Assembly: GCA_037447605.1 (NCBI GenBank)
Contig: CM074805.1
Coordinates: 2,947,361-3,011,360, forward strand
Source: Zygnema circumcarinatum SAG 698-1b
Lineage: Eukaryota; Plantae; Zygnematophyceae
Direction of reading: 5' to 3'
DNA length: 64,000 bases
Part shown: piece after piece, positions 1-12,210 of the stretch
How positions within the stretch are numbered: position 1 is the stretch's first letter
How the letters are laid out: every line of letters starts with the position of its first letter
The notes under the pieces: generated by a model
Seen by the model: the letters and a program-made list of their open reading frames with translations, nothing else
Told to the model about the DNA's origin: nothing
The model's database searches: none
Translations under genes and position numbers: made by a program

Positions 1-456
1 GCCCGAATGTCCGACACCTGTGGTAGAGACAGAAAAGGAGATAGAGTCACATTCGCTTAGGAAAAAGAGTGCCGATTAATGTGCACACATGCTCTCTACA
101 CAGCAGCGACAGACACTGCGACTTTAGCAGAGAAAGACTTAAGCAAACGAATAGCTTGATTCCTTTCAGTAATCGACACTGAACCCACAGAAGGTTGTGG
201 ACTCCGTCAGTCAGAACAGCGGCGTACCTGTGGTGTCTGCATTATGTCGCTCAGCACTCGCACATAGCGTGGCCTCAAGAAGTTGTTCCAGTGGTTCTGC
301 ACATACAAACAGGCTTGACTGAGTGATATGAGCCATAATGCACAGGAGAAGGAAGTGACGAGGTAAAATTTTCATGATTACAAACATCATGGAATTGGAT
401 ACAGCTGCTTAGATTGTAATGGCAGCTTGTCAAAAAAAACAAAGCAAAACGAAACA

Positions 457-1124
457 TTAAAACAAGGGGAAAACATTGCTACGAAGTTTGGATATTCTAT
501 CGCGAGAAAGAGGAAGTAATTTCTGGAAAACGGCCATTATCCATACACGCGTTTCAACATTTTTTTTGATTTTTTTTTTCATAGAGATGAAGTGAGAATG
601 CATATGCGGGTAGACTGACTTTGACCGCGCTGTCCGTCCTGCCGCGGAGCTCCTTGGCGATGTGCGCCCATCGCGGGCCGTGGCGCGTGTAGCCGAGCGC
701 GACAATGCGGCTCTCCTCTTCGCGAAAGCGGTCCTTCACCACCTGCACCGCGCCGCTCTCTCCCACGTTAGAACGCCGCCGGCCTACAATTCAAGCGCGC
801 GGCACGCGAGCAGGCGGAGGGCGGAGCTCACCGCGGGGTTGAGATGGTTGAGCCAGCGCAGGCGGCAGCTCTTGGGCGTGCGCGCCTGCAGGCCGGTCTC
901 CTCCGCGACCTGCGCCCACCCGTGCGCGCCGAGCCGCAGCACGGCGGCTCTCAGGGCTCGGTCTTCCGCGCGGCTCCTGCAAAATGCATGATCGACCCAT
1001 TCCCCTTGGTCAAAACCTATCTCAATTGCAGCGCCAGAAGTGTCTCATGGGACCTCCACCACGTTCTCTCAGACTGTAGCTTCGCAAAGGCCCCATTGCG
1101 GCTGCAGCTTGGCCCAATCCAAGC

Positions 1125-1156
<32 letters not shown>

Positions 1157-1352
1157 GGGGGGAGGGTCCCACCAGCACTTGCGGCCCTTGCGCTTCCCCG
1201 CCGCCATCGCCAGAAGGGCGCGGTGCGCTAGCCGACGGACGAGCAGACCGCGCTCCGCCCGTCGGAGCAAGTGCTGCGAGCTGCCGCGGCGCCACGTCGG
1301 CCGCGGGCGGCCACAGGGCGCGGGGCGGCGCGGGGCCGCTGCGCGCATTCAA
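457..1352 (-). CDS. R2R3-MYB transcription factor, divergent. Exons about 1352-1060, 976-832, 742-620, 522-457
   Basis: GT-AG splicing gives RTW/SRAEDRALRAAVLRLGAHGWAQVAEETGLQARTPKSCRLRWLNHLNPA/VVKDRFREEESRIVALGYTRHGPRWAHIAKELRGRTDSAVK, matching MYB R2 (W-W-W) and R3 (F-W) repeats. Start codon and last exon are uncertain. Confidence 0.85.
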
Positions 1353-3262
1353 GAAGGGCTCCTCCCGCCGTCAATGCGCGCGCCGCCCGCCGGGCCGCGC
1401 TGGCGCGGGAGCGTCCCCGCGCTCGTGCGCGCCCGCCGGCAGCGGGACTCGAACCGGCGACGCCCCCCGCAACGTGCGCGAGATCGCGCGAATCCGACTC
1501 GCGTTGAATTCGCTGACAGGCGGCGGGCGGGCGGGCGAGGCTTGATCCGCGGGTGGATCCGAGGGAATCCGATCGCGCTGCGGCCAAGCGCGGGGGCGAC
1601 CGGCAAGCTGCCAAGTGGCACTCTTGGAGCACTCCCCGACAGCGTAGTTATCATAAGGATGTCGTCACCATATAACATATTGACGTCATTTTTTTCACAG
1701 AATTTCACAAGGAATTCAGCAGTCCGTGCAGGGCTTGTCAATCTTGAAAAAATCTGTCGACTGAGTTGTTTCGAGAACGGTACTCTTTCCTCCGTCGTGG
1801 GAGTCCAGAACAAGTACTACTTCCGAAAGTGAGTTCTTACGGGATCATATGAAGATTGCCAAGCTCCATTCCATGTTCGCCAAAAATTGCGGCGGCTGTA
1901 CGGCATAGCCAGCACGTGAGCTGAAAGCAGGCGGATATATACCAGCGCCGTACAGTCGTGCAGGCCACGTGCTGCCTCCGCGGGCCCCCATTGATGGACG
2001 CGCCGCCAACAGGGCTCCAGTGCGGCACCGCGTGGGCTGACGGAGCTACGCCGCGGCCATCATGACCTCCGCTCGCGCCAAAGCTAGGGTCGCAAAGGGT
2101 CAGGCACCTTCTGGCTGCGGCCGGCCGGGGTCGATTCCCTGGCCAAGAAACAAGTAGCCATGTAGGCTATGCGAGGGCCTAGGGTGCTCGTAGGGGGATA
2201 GGCTCGACGCGCTCGAACGGCCCCCTCCGATTGGCCGGTCGCGCCCGCCCGCCCGAGTACCTCCGCCCGCCCGCCCGCCCACCCGGCGGCGGCGCATCCC
2301 TGCGGGCGAATCGCGGATCGCTCTGGCCCCGGGCGGCGCCACGACGCGGTCCCCGCGGGGGAAGTCAACAAGTGCACGCGCGTATCCCCCACACGTGTGG
2401 ACACGTGCACGCACACGGCGGATCTCTCCCCGCGAGTGGGCTCCGCCACGTCGCGCGGGCCCGCGAGCGGCCGCGGGAGGGCGCCGCGTGGGCGCGCGCG
2501 GATTTGTCCGACGGCGCCGCTCGGGGCCGTCATGGCGGGGGGCGGGCGGGATTCGATTCGCCGCGGGACGTGCGCGCCATTGAAGCGGCGGCCGTACTTA
2601 GCGGTTTGGGCCGTGGAAGACGGGAAGTGCAAGTACTGATCCTGTAACGTTGATCGCGCAAATTCAGATTCGGATCAAGGAAAAGATGTGGCATTGATCG
2701 AACCAGCTCTTAATTCGAATCCGTTCGCGTATTCGCTTGTTTCCATGATATTGTACGCCCTTCTTGCGGCTGACGGAAGGGAGTACGCTCTGGGGTGGGT
2801 CCGTCGCAGTAGGTCGCGTCACATAAAAATAAGACATCGTGAGTAGGGCGTGCCAGTCTACGAAACGTTAGTATGCGTGTTCGTAAGTTTGACACCAGAA
2901 TGGGTACTCCAGTAACATCGCGATCTGCCTGCGGCATACTTTCGTAACTTTTTTTTTCATAACGCTTTTGTTAAGTCTGACAGCCCCTAGTTCTACCGGT
3001 ACTGTCACTTCGATACCAAAACGAGTACCCTACTACTAACTTTGACTTTTGGAATTGTTCAATTTGCAAATGACAAGGTTTCATTTGAAATTTTGAACAC
3101 TCGATCTGAGTAGTCTTTCAAAATGAACAATTAAACAAAGTTCAAAGTCTGAATATATTCGGTCACACGCGTGGATTCCAATTTTGCCACGTAGGATTCA
3201 AGCAATCTGAAGGATTTGCTTACCTCCGGCCCAATTTTCGCCGTACTGTACCACTTTTTGCT

Positions 3263-3762
3263 GGGTAACTCTACTGCACCCCCGCGTTTTGTCTTTCGCA
3301 CCCCCGTTTTGAAAAATTTTCCTGCCCGTTTTGGTTACTCCCCAGTTTTGAATATTTCGGGAAAAAATCTTTTTCCCGCCCCTTTCGTCCCCTCCGCTGC
3401 CCCCTGTTGCGAAACGCGATAAAACTAAATGTATGATCGTTCGTTTATGTCCGCGGTTGCCTTTTAACGGTAAAGTTTATGGGTGGGTACCGGGAGGTGT
3501 CGAGTTCGGTTGTTAACATTCCCCCTCCCTTCATTATTTTTTGGACATTCCATCCCCTCGTTTTCTCCTTTTCACTATTGACTTCCCACAATGTGCGACA
3601 AAAGAAAAGGGATTTGCATTGGTCTCAAGATGGTGAGGCCATCAAATAAACATGGACAAATCAACATGGGAACCACAAGAAATTAGTCGCAAATGAAACA
3701 AGCACAAAATAAAAAAACTAGAAACAAAAAACTAAACTAAACTAAGCTTAAGTACAAAAACG
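3263..3762. mobile_element. Mutator-like MITE (family A), partial copy cut by an assembly gap
   Basis: Starts with GGGTAACTCTACTGCACCCCCGCGTTTTGTCTTTCGCACCCCC, the TIR of the element at 14555-15222. Its internal part 3676-3762 is the reverse complement of about 15070-15160. Confidence 0.7.
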
Positions 3763-3772
3763 NNNNNNNNNN
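3763..3772. other. Assembly gap (10 N); other gaps at 7541-7550, 8715-8724 and 15161-15170
   Basis: Runs of N in the sequence. Confidence 1.
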
Positions 3773-3790
3773 GAGTATTCAGATGGAGAC

Positions 3791-5414
3791 TTGGGACCTC
3801 AAGAAGAACAGGCGATCCGAAATCCAAGGACGGATTCAGACTCAGAGGAAGAAGCAGTCAGAGAAAGACTAAAGATGGGCATCACCGAAGAGAACCCTTA
3901 TCCCAGTCTGGCTTACCTTGAGCAGATCGAGTCGATTGAAGAGCTGCAGCGACTCCATCTAGGCAGTGATGGCCATAAACTTCGCTGGCAATATGCACGC
4001 CGGATGATCAAGCTTGCAGCCTGCCCAGTCGCTGTCACGGCCGCAGATGCCATGAGGAGAGGAGTGCTGTTTGAAACTTGGAGGTCCCCACCGCGGCTCA
4101 CCAGAAGGCACAAACCTACGGAATCCCAATCATACTACTGAATTGCTGAGTCCCTTCAACACAGGCAGTGCACGCAGCCCACAGCAGAGCAAGGGATTCC
4201 TCAGAAGACACCCTCACCTCCGGCGTTCACAACTTACCCATCCGGCAGCCCCAGGCGAGCGACTTCAGGGGCAAGGGCAGGACGATCGCAAGGACCCTCC
4301 AGCTTTCGCACCAACCTGCAGAGAAGCACACGAGTCAGATCTGAGTTTCCCAGCAAGATGGAAGAGATGATGACCAAATTGATAGCAATGATTCCTGAAA
4401 AGAGTGAGGTGAGGGATACCACGGGCATCATCACAAGAGGCTTCACCGGCAAGCAGGAAGATGCAGAAGCCTGGCTGAGACATCTTGAGGAGAAGGCAGC
4501 GCAAGCAGACCTGAAGGAAGACCAGTGGATCAAGCTGGCCCTTGGAGCGCTGGAAGGAGAGGCAGTCAACTGGAAGCTGTCCCGAAACTGGCACAAAGCG
4601 GATGTCGTCGGCAACCTGACAAGGGACACATTCAAGCAAGCTTTCAGACAACGCTGGATTTCAGATCCGATCACTGTGCTAGACCGACTTCGCTACATAG
4701 AATGCTACAGTGATGAGCGGCTGTTTGAATTCACTGAGCGTTTTGTGCGCATGGCAAATACGATCGAGAACTTGCCTGACTTTCCCGAAGTTCTCCAGTG
4801 GTTCCGCAAGGCCATCAGCGAGAAGGATCTCCACCTGGATCGTGAGCTGCGCGACAACCCACCAGCAGATGCCCAGGCATTGTTAGAAAGGGCAGAGCGA
4901 ATTCAGAAGGATCAAGAGAGAGGGCAGTTGACATGTACGACTATATTACATGAACGCTAGACTCATTGCAGAGATCGACTCTATGCTGAGTTGAAGACAC
5001 AGAATCAGAAATACTTGTATGACCCTATGCTACATCTTCTAGGAACAAGCCGTCTTTCTCCGGCATCCCTGCTCAAGACGTCCGGTCAGCCCCTATGGTG
5101 CAGCCTCTGGCTATAGCCAGCGCGATCAACCCCTTCCCATTTCCCCGTACCCTCATGATCCTGCACATCCCATTGAGCCGGCGGTGAATCCTCACATACC
5201 AGATGTTTCTCGTCCAGGATATCGGGCTCCTTATTCCGATCGCACACCCGAAGAGAGAGAAGCTGCCAGGGCCGATCTGCGCCGTCGGATGACAGAGGCA
5301 CGGGTTCCAGAGGGCGTCTGTCTGGCCTGTGGCCTAACTCACAATCCGCGGCTGCGTTGCGGACCATGGACCTGCACCTTCTGCCAGATCACGGGACATG
5401 ATGCCCGTGTGTGA
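3791..5414 (+). pseudogene. gag: Retrotransposon gag with CCHC zinc knuckle, frameshifted
   Basis: FTGKQEDAEAWLRHLE...WIKLALGALEGEAVNW...TFKQAFRQRW (retrotransposon gag-like) and CTFCQITGHDARVC (CX2CX4HX4C) near 5375-5414. Confidence 0.85.
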
Positions 5415-7699
5415 TGCGAGGTTCTCAAGCGAGAAGGCCGAAAGAAAAAAGAAGGAGGAGATGAGCCTACCTGGAGATTGCCTTCATGGACATGTTTTTG
5501 GCCACTCCCACACTTTGCGAGAACTCCAGCCTTCCCTCGCCCGCTCCACCTCTCCTTCACCCGCTACACCATCCTGAACGCGTATCCACCTGCACCCCAT
5601 GGACTCCCCTTCCCTGACAAACGCATTGGGTGCTGAGCCCGATCCTGCTGCCCGCTCACGCACTGCCCAGATTGCCGCGGCATTACAACCGGCTTGGTCC
5701 GAATCCCCCATCACTTCTGAAGAGGGTGCTCATGTTGGTGTGAGGGGCAGCAAGAAAGGAAAGAGTCAAGGAAGGGCATCACATGCCTTGGTATCAGAGC
5801 TCTAAACTTTTCTTTTGCTTCTCCTTGGGCCACATACCGCTCCGCTACGATATGCCTTCTCGTCCACCTCTCACCAGGTGCGCACAGCGGAAAACTAAAA
5901 CACCCCACCTACAGGTGAACTCTCTCATCCTCCATGGTCCTGCCCTCAACTCCACGCTCCTCGGATGATCTCCTCGTGTGGAGCAACACACCGCCCATAC
6001 AATGGTTGCCTCCACTCATCCACCACGTCAATCCAACATGAGGACTCACATGACGAATGATACAGAGGAGAAAGCCCTGTGACAGCTCAAAACTCCATGA
6101 GTGTAATACAAGCTCTTGAGGAAATCTACATAGATCCCTTATGCTAGATTCTCCTCCTCTCATGAGCACTATCCTATCCTCTCATAGATAGCCTACACCC
6201 CAACTACAGTAGCCAAGCACTACTTGCCTCCATGAACTCCTCCTCTACCTCAACACATGAGGGACACACCATCTAGCTCCTTCATTAAGCTTACACATTA
6301 TTGAGAGCTAGTTCCTTCACGACCTTCATACACAAGGTCGGACTCCTCTAGGCCTCAGCTCTGCCCACCTTCCCCACACAACAACGGTCGAGCAGCATAA
6401 CATTCAGGGAGAGTGAGTGACTGCGCGAGCCAAGCTTGTTCCCTCTTAAACTATGGCGGCCGGCGTGACGTGACACCCGATGTCACGTCACAGGCGCACT
6501 AGCAAGCGCATGCATTCAACAGCCAGCAAGCCGTTCAACGGCCAGCTACGCGTTCAACAGCCAGCTTCGCGGTCTCACGTAAACCTACGCCAGCACCGAC
6601 CTACGCAAGGTCGTCCGTACTGTTCCGCCGCCCGGCCGTACACGTCCGCCGCCCAGCCGTACATGTCAGCCTCCCAGTCAAGATCTGACTCGGTCCCCTT
6701 CTCAGTTGACCTCGTCAGAGCCGCGGACCGCACTAAGGGTCCAAGCAATGCCACGTGCCACCTCCTCATTCGCCGCCGACATCTCCAATCTCTTCAACCG
6801 ACTTCCGCGTCACGTCACGCCCGAAGACTGCGTCGCTATCTGCATGCTGGCGCGACCAATCATGTCGCTTCGTGCAGATCCGCCTCTCGCGCCAAATATC
6901 TCCGCGTCCATTCGTTTCGCGTCGTCCGTACAGTCGCGCGCCGTCCGTACGGCCGCGCTCCTTTTCGGTCAAGCACATTCCGTGCACCCCCTTTGGTACG
7001 GTCTAAGCCTAAGCCGTAATCCTACGACCCTAGACCTTCCCTAGACCTGTCGTACCATGCCCTAACGATACGGGCACCCCCCATGTTCGGTCCTACACCA
7101 AACATGACCATTCATACATGATATTGTCCCTATACCACCACATTGATGTCCCGGACAACATCCATGCTAGGAACTAAGTACCAACACCTTGATGTACCCT
7201 ATACATCAACAGCTCAAGCCCGGATTGCCGAGATTGCAAATGCCTTGCGCAGGCTCCCTGTCAACCAAAGTGATCCTCATTCACATCCCCTGCCATTCCT
7301 CCCTGCCGATGTCAACAGCGCCAGCTCATCTGGCACGGCTCCACCGGTCGCCACCCTTGTCCGGAGAACTTCAGTCCTCCCTCCTTCCACGGGTCATCCA
7401 TTGGGATCCACGCCTGAGGAGGAAATTGACGATCTCAATGAGGAGGAGCCGACAGCGGCGCAGCCAGAGCCGAGAGCACCAGCGACAGAAGAGATGCACG
7501 TCAACCCTCCCCATCGCCCTCGGGCAGCCCGATTCTACCCNNNNNNNNNNCCGATGACGAGACTCCCCCTCCTTCTTCTCCGAGTCCAGCTCTCGGTGCG
7601 TCGACGGGAGAACTGTTGCCGCCAGTGCTACCTGCACCCAGCTTTCCCCCCCATGAGACCATCAGTGATGAGGAGTGGCTGGAAATAGAGGGGCAGATG

Positions 7700-8990
7700 C
7701 GATTGGGGCCTGCAGTCCTCTCAGACCCGATCAAGCATTCTCAACTACGCCAAGTGCTGCGCCGAAATCACCTAGTTTTCGCACGACATTCACTCGACAT
7801 CGGCAAGACTCACTTGATTGAGCACCACATCGATACGGGGGATGCGCCTCCCGTGATGACCCTGACTCCCTACCGCTTTTCCGCCGCGCAGCAGGCCGAT
7901 GTCGAACGACAGATCGACGAGAACGTGGCTGCCGGATTGATGGAACCTGGAGAAGGGCCGTGGGCCAGCCCGGCCGTTCTGCCCCCAAAGCCGGATGGCA
8001 CACTCCGCTTCTGTGGGGACTACCGAAAACTGAATGCAATAACGAAGTGGGATCCCTACACATTACCGGATGTGGACCTGATTCTCCACGGCGTCTCCCC
8101 TGATGACCGGTGGTTCTCGGCACTTGACATGCAGAAATCCTTCTGGCAGATCCCCCTGCGGCAGGCCGATCGCTGCAAGACAGGGCTTCGCACAGCCACG
8201 CGCTTTGTGCAGTGGACAGTGCTTCCATTCGGGCTCAAGAATTCCAGTCAGACGCACCAGCGCCTGGCCAACCAGGTGTTCGGCCCCTGTCGTGCCTTCT
8301 GCGAACCTTACGTGGATGATGCCTCCCTCCACAGCAAGGACTGGTCCTCCCACCTGCAACACATTGACCAAGTCCTCCAACAGCTCATCAGTGCGCGTCT
8401 GAAGATTGCACCCAAGAAGTGCAAATGGGGACATCAGGAGATCACTCACCTCGGGCACCGCCTCGGCATCAATGGCCTGAAACCATCACTCGACAAGATT
8501 GAAGCGATTGACCTTATGCCCATTCCACAGAATCTCACTCAGCTTAAGTCTTTCTTGGGACTCACCTCCTTCTATCGCCGGTTCATCAAGGGCTATGCCC
8601 TTATTGCGCGTCCCCTACATGCCCTGGAGAAGCACGGAGTCCACTACGAATGGAGCCGTGCGCAGGATTTGGCCTTCCAAGCGCTCAAGAGTGCCCTCCT
8701 TCAGGCTCCTTGCCNNNNNNNNNNGCGCAGGATTTGGCCTTCCAAGCGCTCAAGAGTGCCCTCCTTCAGGCTCCTTGCCTGCATCAATTCGACCCCACCC
8801 TTCCCACCATTATTGACGCTGATCCGGAACCAGACAGGTTTGGGGCAGTGCCACTCGAAAGCATTCTCAGATGACACCGTCATGCCACTGCAAGCAGGTC
8901 GTCCCACAACTCGACCTACGAGGGAGAGGCCGGGCTATCCTTGGGCATTTGAGAAGTTCAAGCCTTCACCCTTACCAGCCCATCATCCGG
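7700..8990 (+). pseudogene. pol: Gypsy pol: reverse transcriptase and start of RNase H
   Basis: SPAVLPPKPDGTLRFCGDYRKLN, LDMQKSFWQI, LPFGLKNS, YVDD, LKSFLGLTSFYRRFIKGYA, followed by PTIIDA (RNase H, frameshifted). Confidence 0.95.
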
Positions 8991-9559
8991 GATGACCTAC
9001 ATGCCCTCACCCGGCCGCACATCACGGCTACCTGACGCTGAAGCCTCACTCATGGGCCATGAGTCTTGGGCAGTACAATGTACTCAAAGTCACTCACCGT
9101 CCGGCCCAGTCCACGCATGCTTGATGGACCAATCGGATCCCTCGCTTCCCCTCTCGCCACGATCGGCCGTCCTGACCCATCCCTTCACTCACCCTCTGAC
9201 CCGAGACTTCCCCATTGAGATTCACGCAGAGCAAGACTACATGAGGTCACATTTAGACTGAATTATCGAGATTCCGGCCACGGCCACCACCCTCCATCGC
9301 TGGTAGACTTGACTTCACCCACGGCCACCCCCACGCGGATCCGTGGAAAGTCTCTCATGGAACGACGATGGCTGAAAATCCCTTTCTTCCCTCCCCATTT
9401 CTCAGCCAACTATGTCCATTCTGACTCTTCCTTCCTTGTCACGTCATGACTCGCACGCCGCCCACTCCCTGTCACGGAGATCTAGAGGGCCCACGGGCTC
9501 CGCCGCGCCCGGAACTTCTCTGTCGATGATGACGGACAGATTCTTTACCTCCCCTCCGG

Positions 9560-10640
9560 CCTTCCTGTTCCATTCCCTAACGAGCGTATGGAAATTCTCG
9601 ACGTCGCCCACGATTCCCAACCTGCAGGCTTCCACCTCGGACAGAAGAAGATGGTGGCCCTGTTGCAGGAGCGCTACTATTGGCCCGGCCTCCATGGCGC
9701 GGTGAGCCGCTACATTGAAACCTGCACCCGCTGCCAACGCGGCAAGCGCTCTGCTCCCCCCGACCGCCAACCCCTCGAGATGGGTGAGATCCCAATACGC
9801 GGCGTCGCCGAAGACTGGAACATCGACACCTTTTCTATCCCCCAGCTCGGCACCCCCTCTGGCTACATTCGGGTCTTCCTAGCCGTGGACAGATACACCA
9901 AGTGGGTAGAGGTTCACGCTACAGAATCTAAGCATTCCGCCCACTTCGCCGCCTCCCTGACGCTATCACTCACCGTTGATTCTCCCCCACCTTGTCCACT
10001 CTGATGGCATTGAGCAGGGGGGCCTTGCCAGCTATGCAGACTTCCCATTCACTGCACTCTCAGCTGTATCTCCCCTGGGATAATGGGCCTGAGACGTACT
10101 CATCCAGACGTCAAGGATGCGTGTGTCCGCGGTGCCGCGAGCTGGACGACTGCGCGAGTCATCCCCTCCCTGCTTCACGCACAAGATCTCCGCCCATCTC
10201 CACGGGCTTCTCTCCCCTACGAGCTCCTCTATGGACGTAAGCCTCGCATTCCCCTTGACCTCCTCTTTGCTGAACCCCTCTTCTACGATGACGCGCCTCC
10301 CCCGGATCGGGTCGCCCAGCTTCAGCTCCTGGCCCTCCGCTTCCAAACCCTAGATTCCATGGCCTCCCACCACCTCGAACGCGCGCACAGACGACAACTC
10401 ACCGACTTTGGGAGGCGCCGACGCGCTGCTCTCCCGCCCAATCAGGTAGCGCCACATCAGCTCATTTGGCTCAGGAATCTCGCTAAACCGACTCAACGGG
10501 CTTTTCCGTGGTTGGGCCCCTTCATCTGTGTCGGTCCGTCGGAGATCCCGGGTTGGGCCATCATTTTGGAGGGCTCACTTTGGAGTGGGGAAATCCCCTG
10601 CCCTCGCCGTCTGCTCATGACTGGGATCCATCCCGCCTGA
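9560..10640 (+). pseudogene. Gypsy integrase, frameshifted
   Basis: Zn-binding H..HLGQKKMVALLQERYYWPGL...CTRCQ, core WNIDTF...LAVDRYTKWVE, then PYELLYGRKPRIPLD and a WLGPF (GPY/F) module. Confidence 0.9.
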
Positions 10641-10945
10641 CTGCTGGCTGTCCTCCCTCCCCTTGCACTGCCTGCCCACATCGCCTTCACCTTGTCAGTC
10701 CATTCCACCTGCTTGCCAATTCTGCAGTTCCTGCGACTCCTGCCCCTTCGTCACAGCCCGCGCGCCGCCCCTTCCCCAGACGGTCCTCCCATATTCTCAT
10801 TCGAATGTACGTGAAGCTTCTTATGGCTCTCCGACCGTCTCGCTGGCCTCCGTCCACGCCATCATTGGCTCCTTCCATGCCCTTTGTCCTCTTCATTGTG
10901 CCCGGAGGGGTGTGCGCTTGTTTCCTCCTTGGCATGTGCTAGAGA

Positions 10946-11972
10946 TGGAAACGGAACGGAGCTGCGCTCGACGGATCCTGCGCCAGCTTAATCTGATGAC
11001 ATATGCTGCCATCCGTGCCATGGATCAACGGAGTCCTAGGAGCTTGCCAACGGAGATCCAGAGAAGGCGGCGCCATGCGCGGCGGTCACGGAACGGCACA
11101 CTATCCAGCAAGGCGCACTCGGGAATACACTGCTGCAAGGCTTGCCATTATCATTGTCACCTATCTGAAGGCTCCACGAGTTGTTCAGGGCCTCTCAGCT
11201 GGGAGAGTTGGCCAATCATGGTTGCCACGTCTAGACTCAATATCTATTGTCAGTGTTAAGTAGATGGGATGTCAGCGATGCTGTTTGTCTTTAGTGCTGG
11301 GCTTAGCATTTGTATTCGCCGTGTGGTTTGTTGTCTTGTTCTTCTTTCTTCTTTTCCTTCTTTTTTCAGTGAGATAAATATGCCAGTAAGAGAGATAAAG
11401 AGAGTTCCATGCCAGAGATAGAGAGAGAGAGAGAGAGAGAGAAAGAGTCTTCTGCTCTATAGCATTTGTGACGTCCCATCAGCCCCGCTTAGGACAAAGA
11501 TTTCAGCGGAGAAGACAATTTCATCAGACGAGCCCCCAAACCCAACCGGGCCGGGGTGAGTTTCCAAAATACCACCTTTATCTAAGTTGTGTCCTGTTTT
11601 CCCTCTGCTGTCACTATGCCAAGCCCCTATCTTGCTCTATCCTGCCTTGCATTACTCTCAATGACCAATGATCACTAGAGGCCTAGCTAAGAGACTAGCC
11701 GAGGAGAGGACAGGGGAGGAGGGTCCCCAAGGAAGGGCTCTTTGCGCATCAAGTCCAACCGCCGTGGGAACGCTCTTCGTGAACCTACGCCTTCACACAA
11801 GGCTGCACTTCCCTCTCAATCCCCCTGATCCCCGGCTCTATGCAGCAGTGCACTCCACAAAGACCAACACCCCAACCCTCACGCCGGGCCCAGCACGTGA
11901 CGCCGCTGCCGCATAAAGATCTCATGCATTTCAGCTCACAATTCCCTTTAACCCCACTTATCTTGTGCTACA
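10946..11972 (+). repeat. 3' LTR of the gypsy element (about 1.03 kb)
   Basis: Ends in TGCTACA and aligns along its length with the reverse complement of 13236-14241. The 5' boundary is inferred from that alignment. Confidence 0.8.
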
Positions 11973-12210
11973 GTGGTAAATACGAGGACCCCCCACTGTA
12001 CGAATACCGTACAGTAATGGAAACGGGAAAAATTTGAGGTCGGGTCCACGCGCTTTTGCAATTTGCCAAAGTCTCCTGGTTGATTGGTGGATGCGAAGTA
12101 AATCAAAATTGGACACGTGAGTTAATTGTTCAATGTTCAATTGGTTTCGTAATTAGACATCGTTGGTCAAAATACAAACAGAAACCTTCAGTGGAAACAG
12201 TTTTTTTTTT

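Larger units (their letters stand above)
3773..11972 (+). mobile_element. Ty3/gypsy LTR retrotransposon, degenerate; 5' LTR missing, probably lost in the gap
   Basis: Domain order gag - Zn knuckle - protease remnant - RT - RNase H - integrase - LTR. Frameshifts and stops throughout. Confidence 0.95.

Noticed and set aside
1179-2647. Many overlapping Arg/Ala/Pro/Gly-rich ORFs here and at 47673-48875 and 61699-62336
   Set aside because: Expected in very GC-rich DNA with few stop codons; no recognisable domains or splice structure.
5789-5800. TGGTATCAGAGC, a perfect tRNA-iMet primer-binding-site motif
   Set aside because: It is not adjacent to an LTR end and lies where the protease active site is expected; the sequence is about two edits from encoding ALDSGALNF. 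More likely a decayed protease motif, though not excluded.
8660-8779. 55-bp direct repeat in pol
   Set aside because: The identical copies flank a 10-N gap, so this is a contig overlap artefact. Collapsing it restores RT to RNase H continuity.
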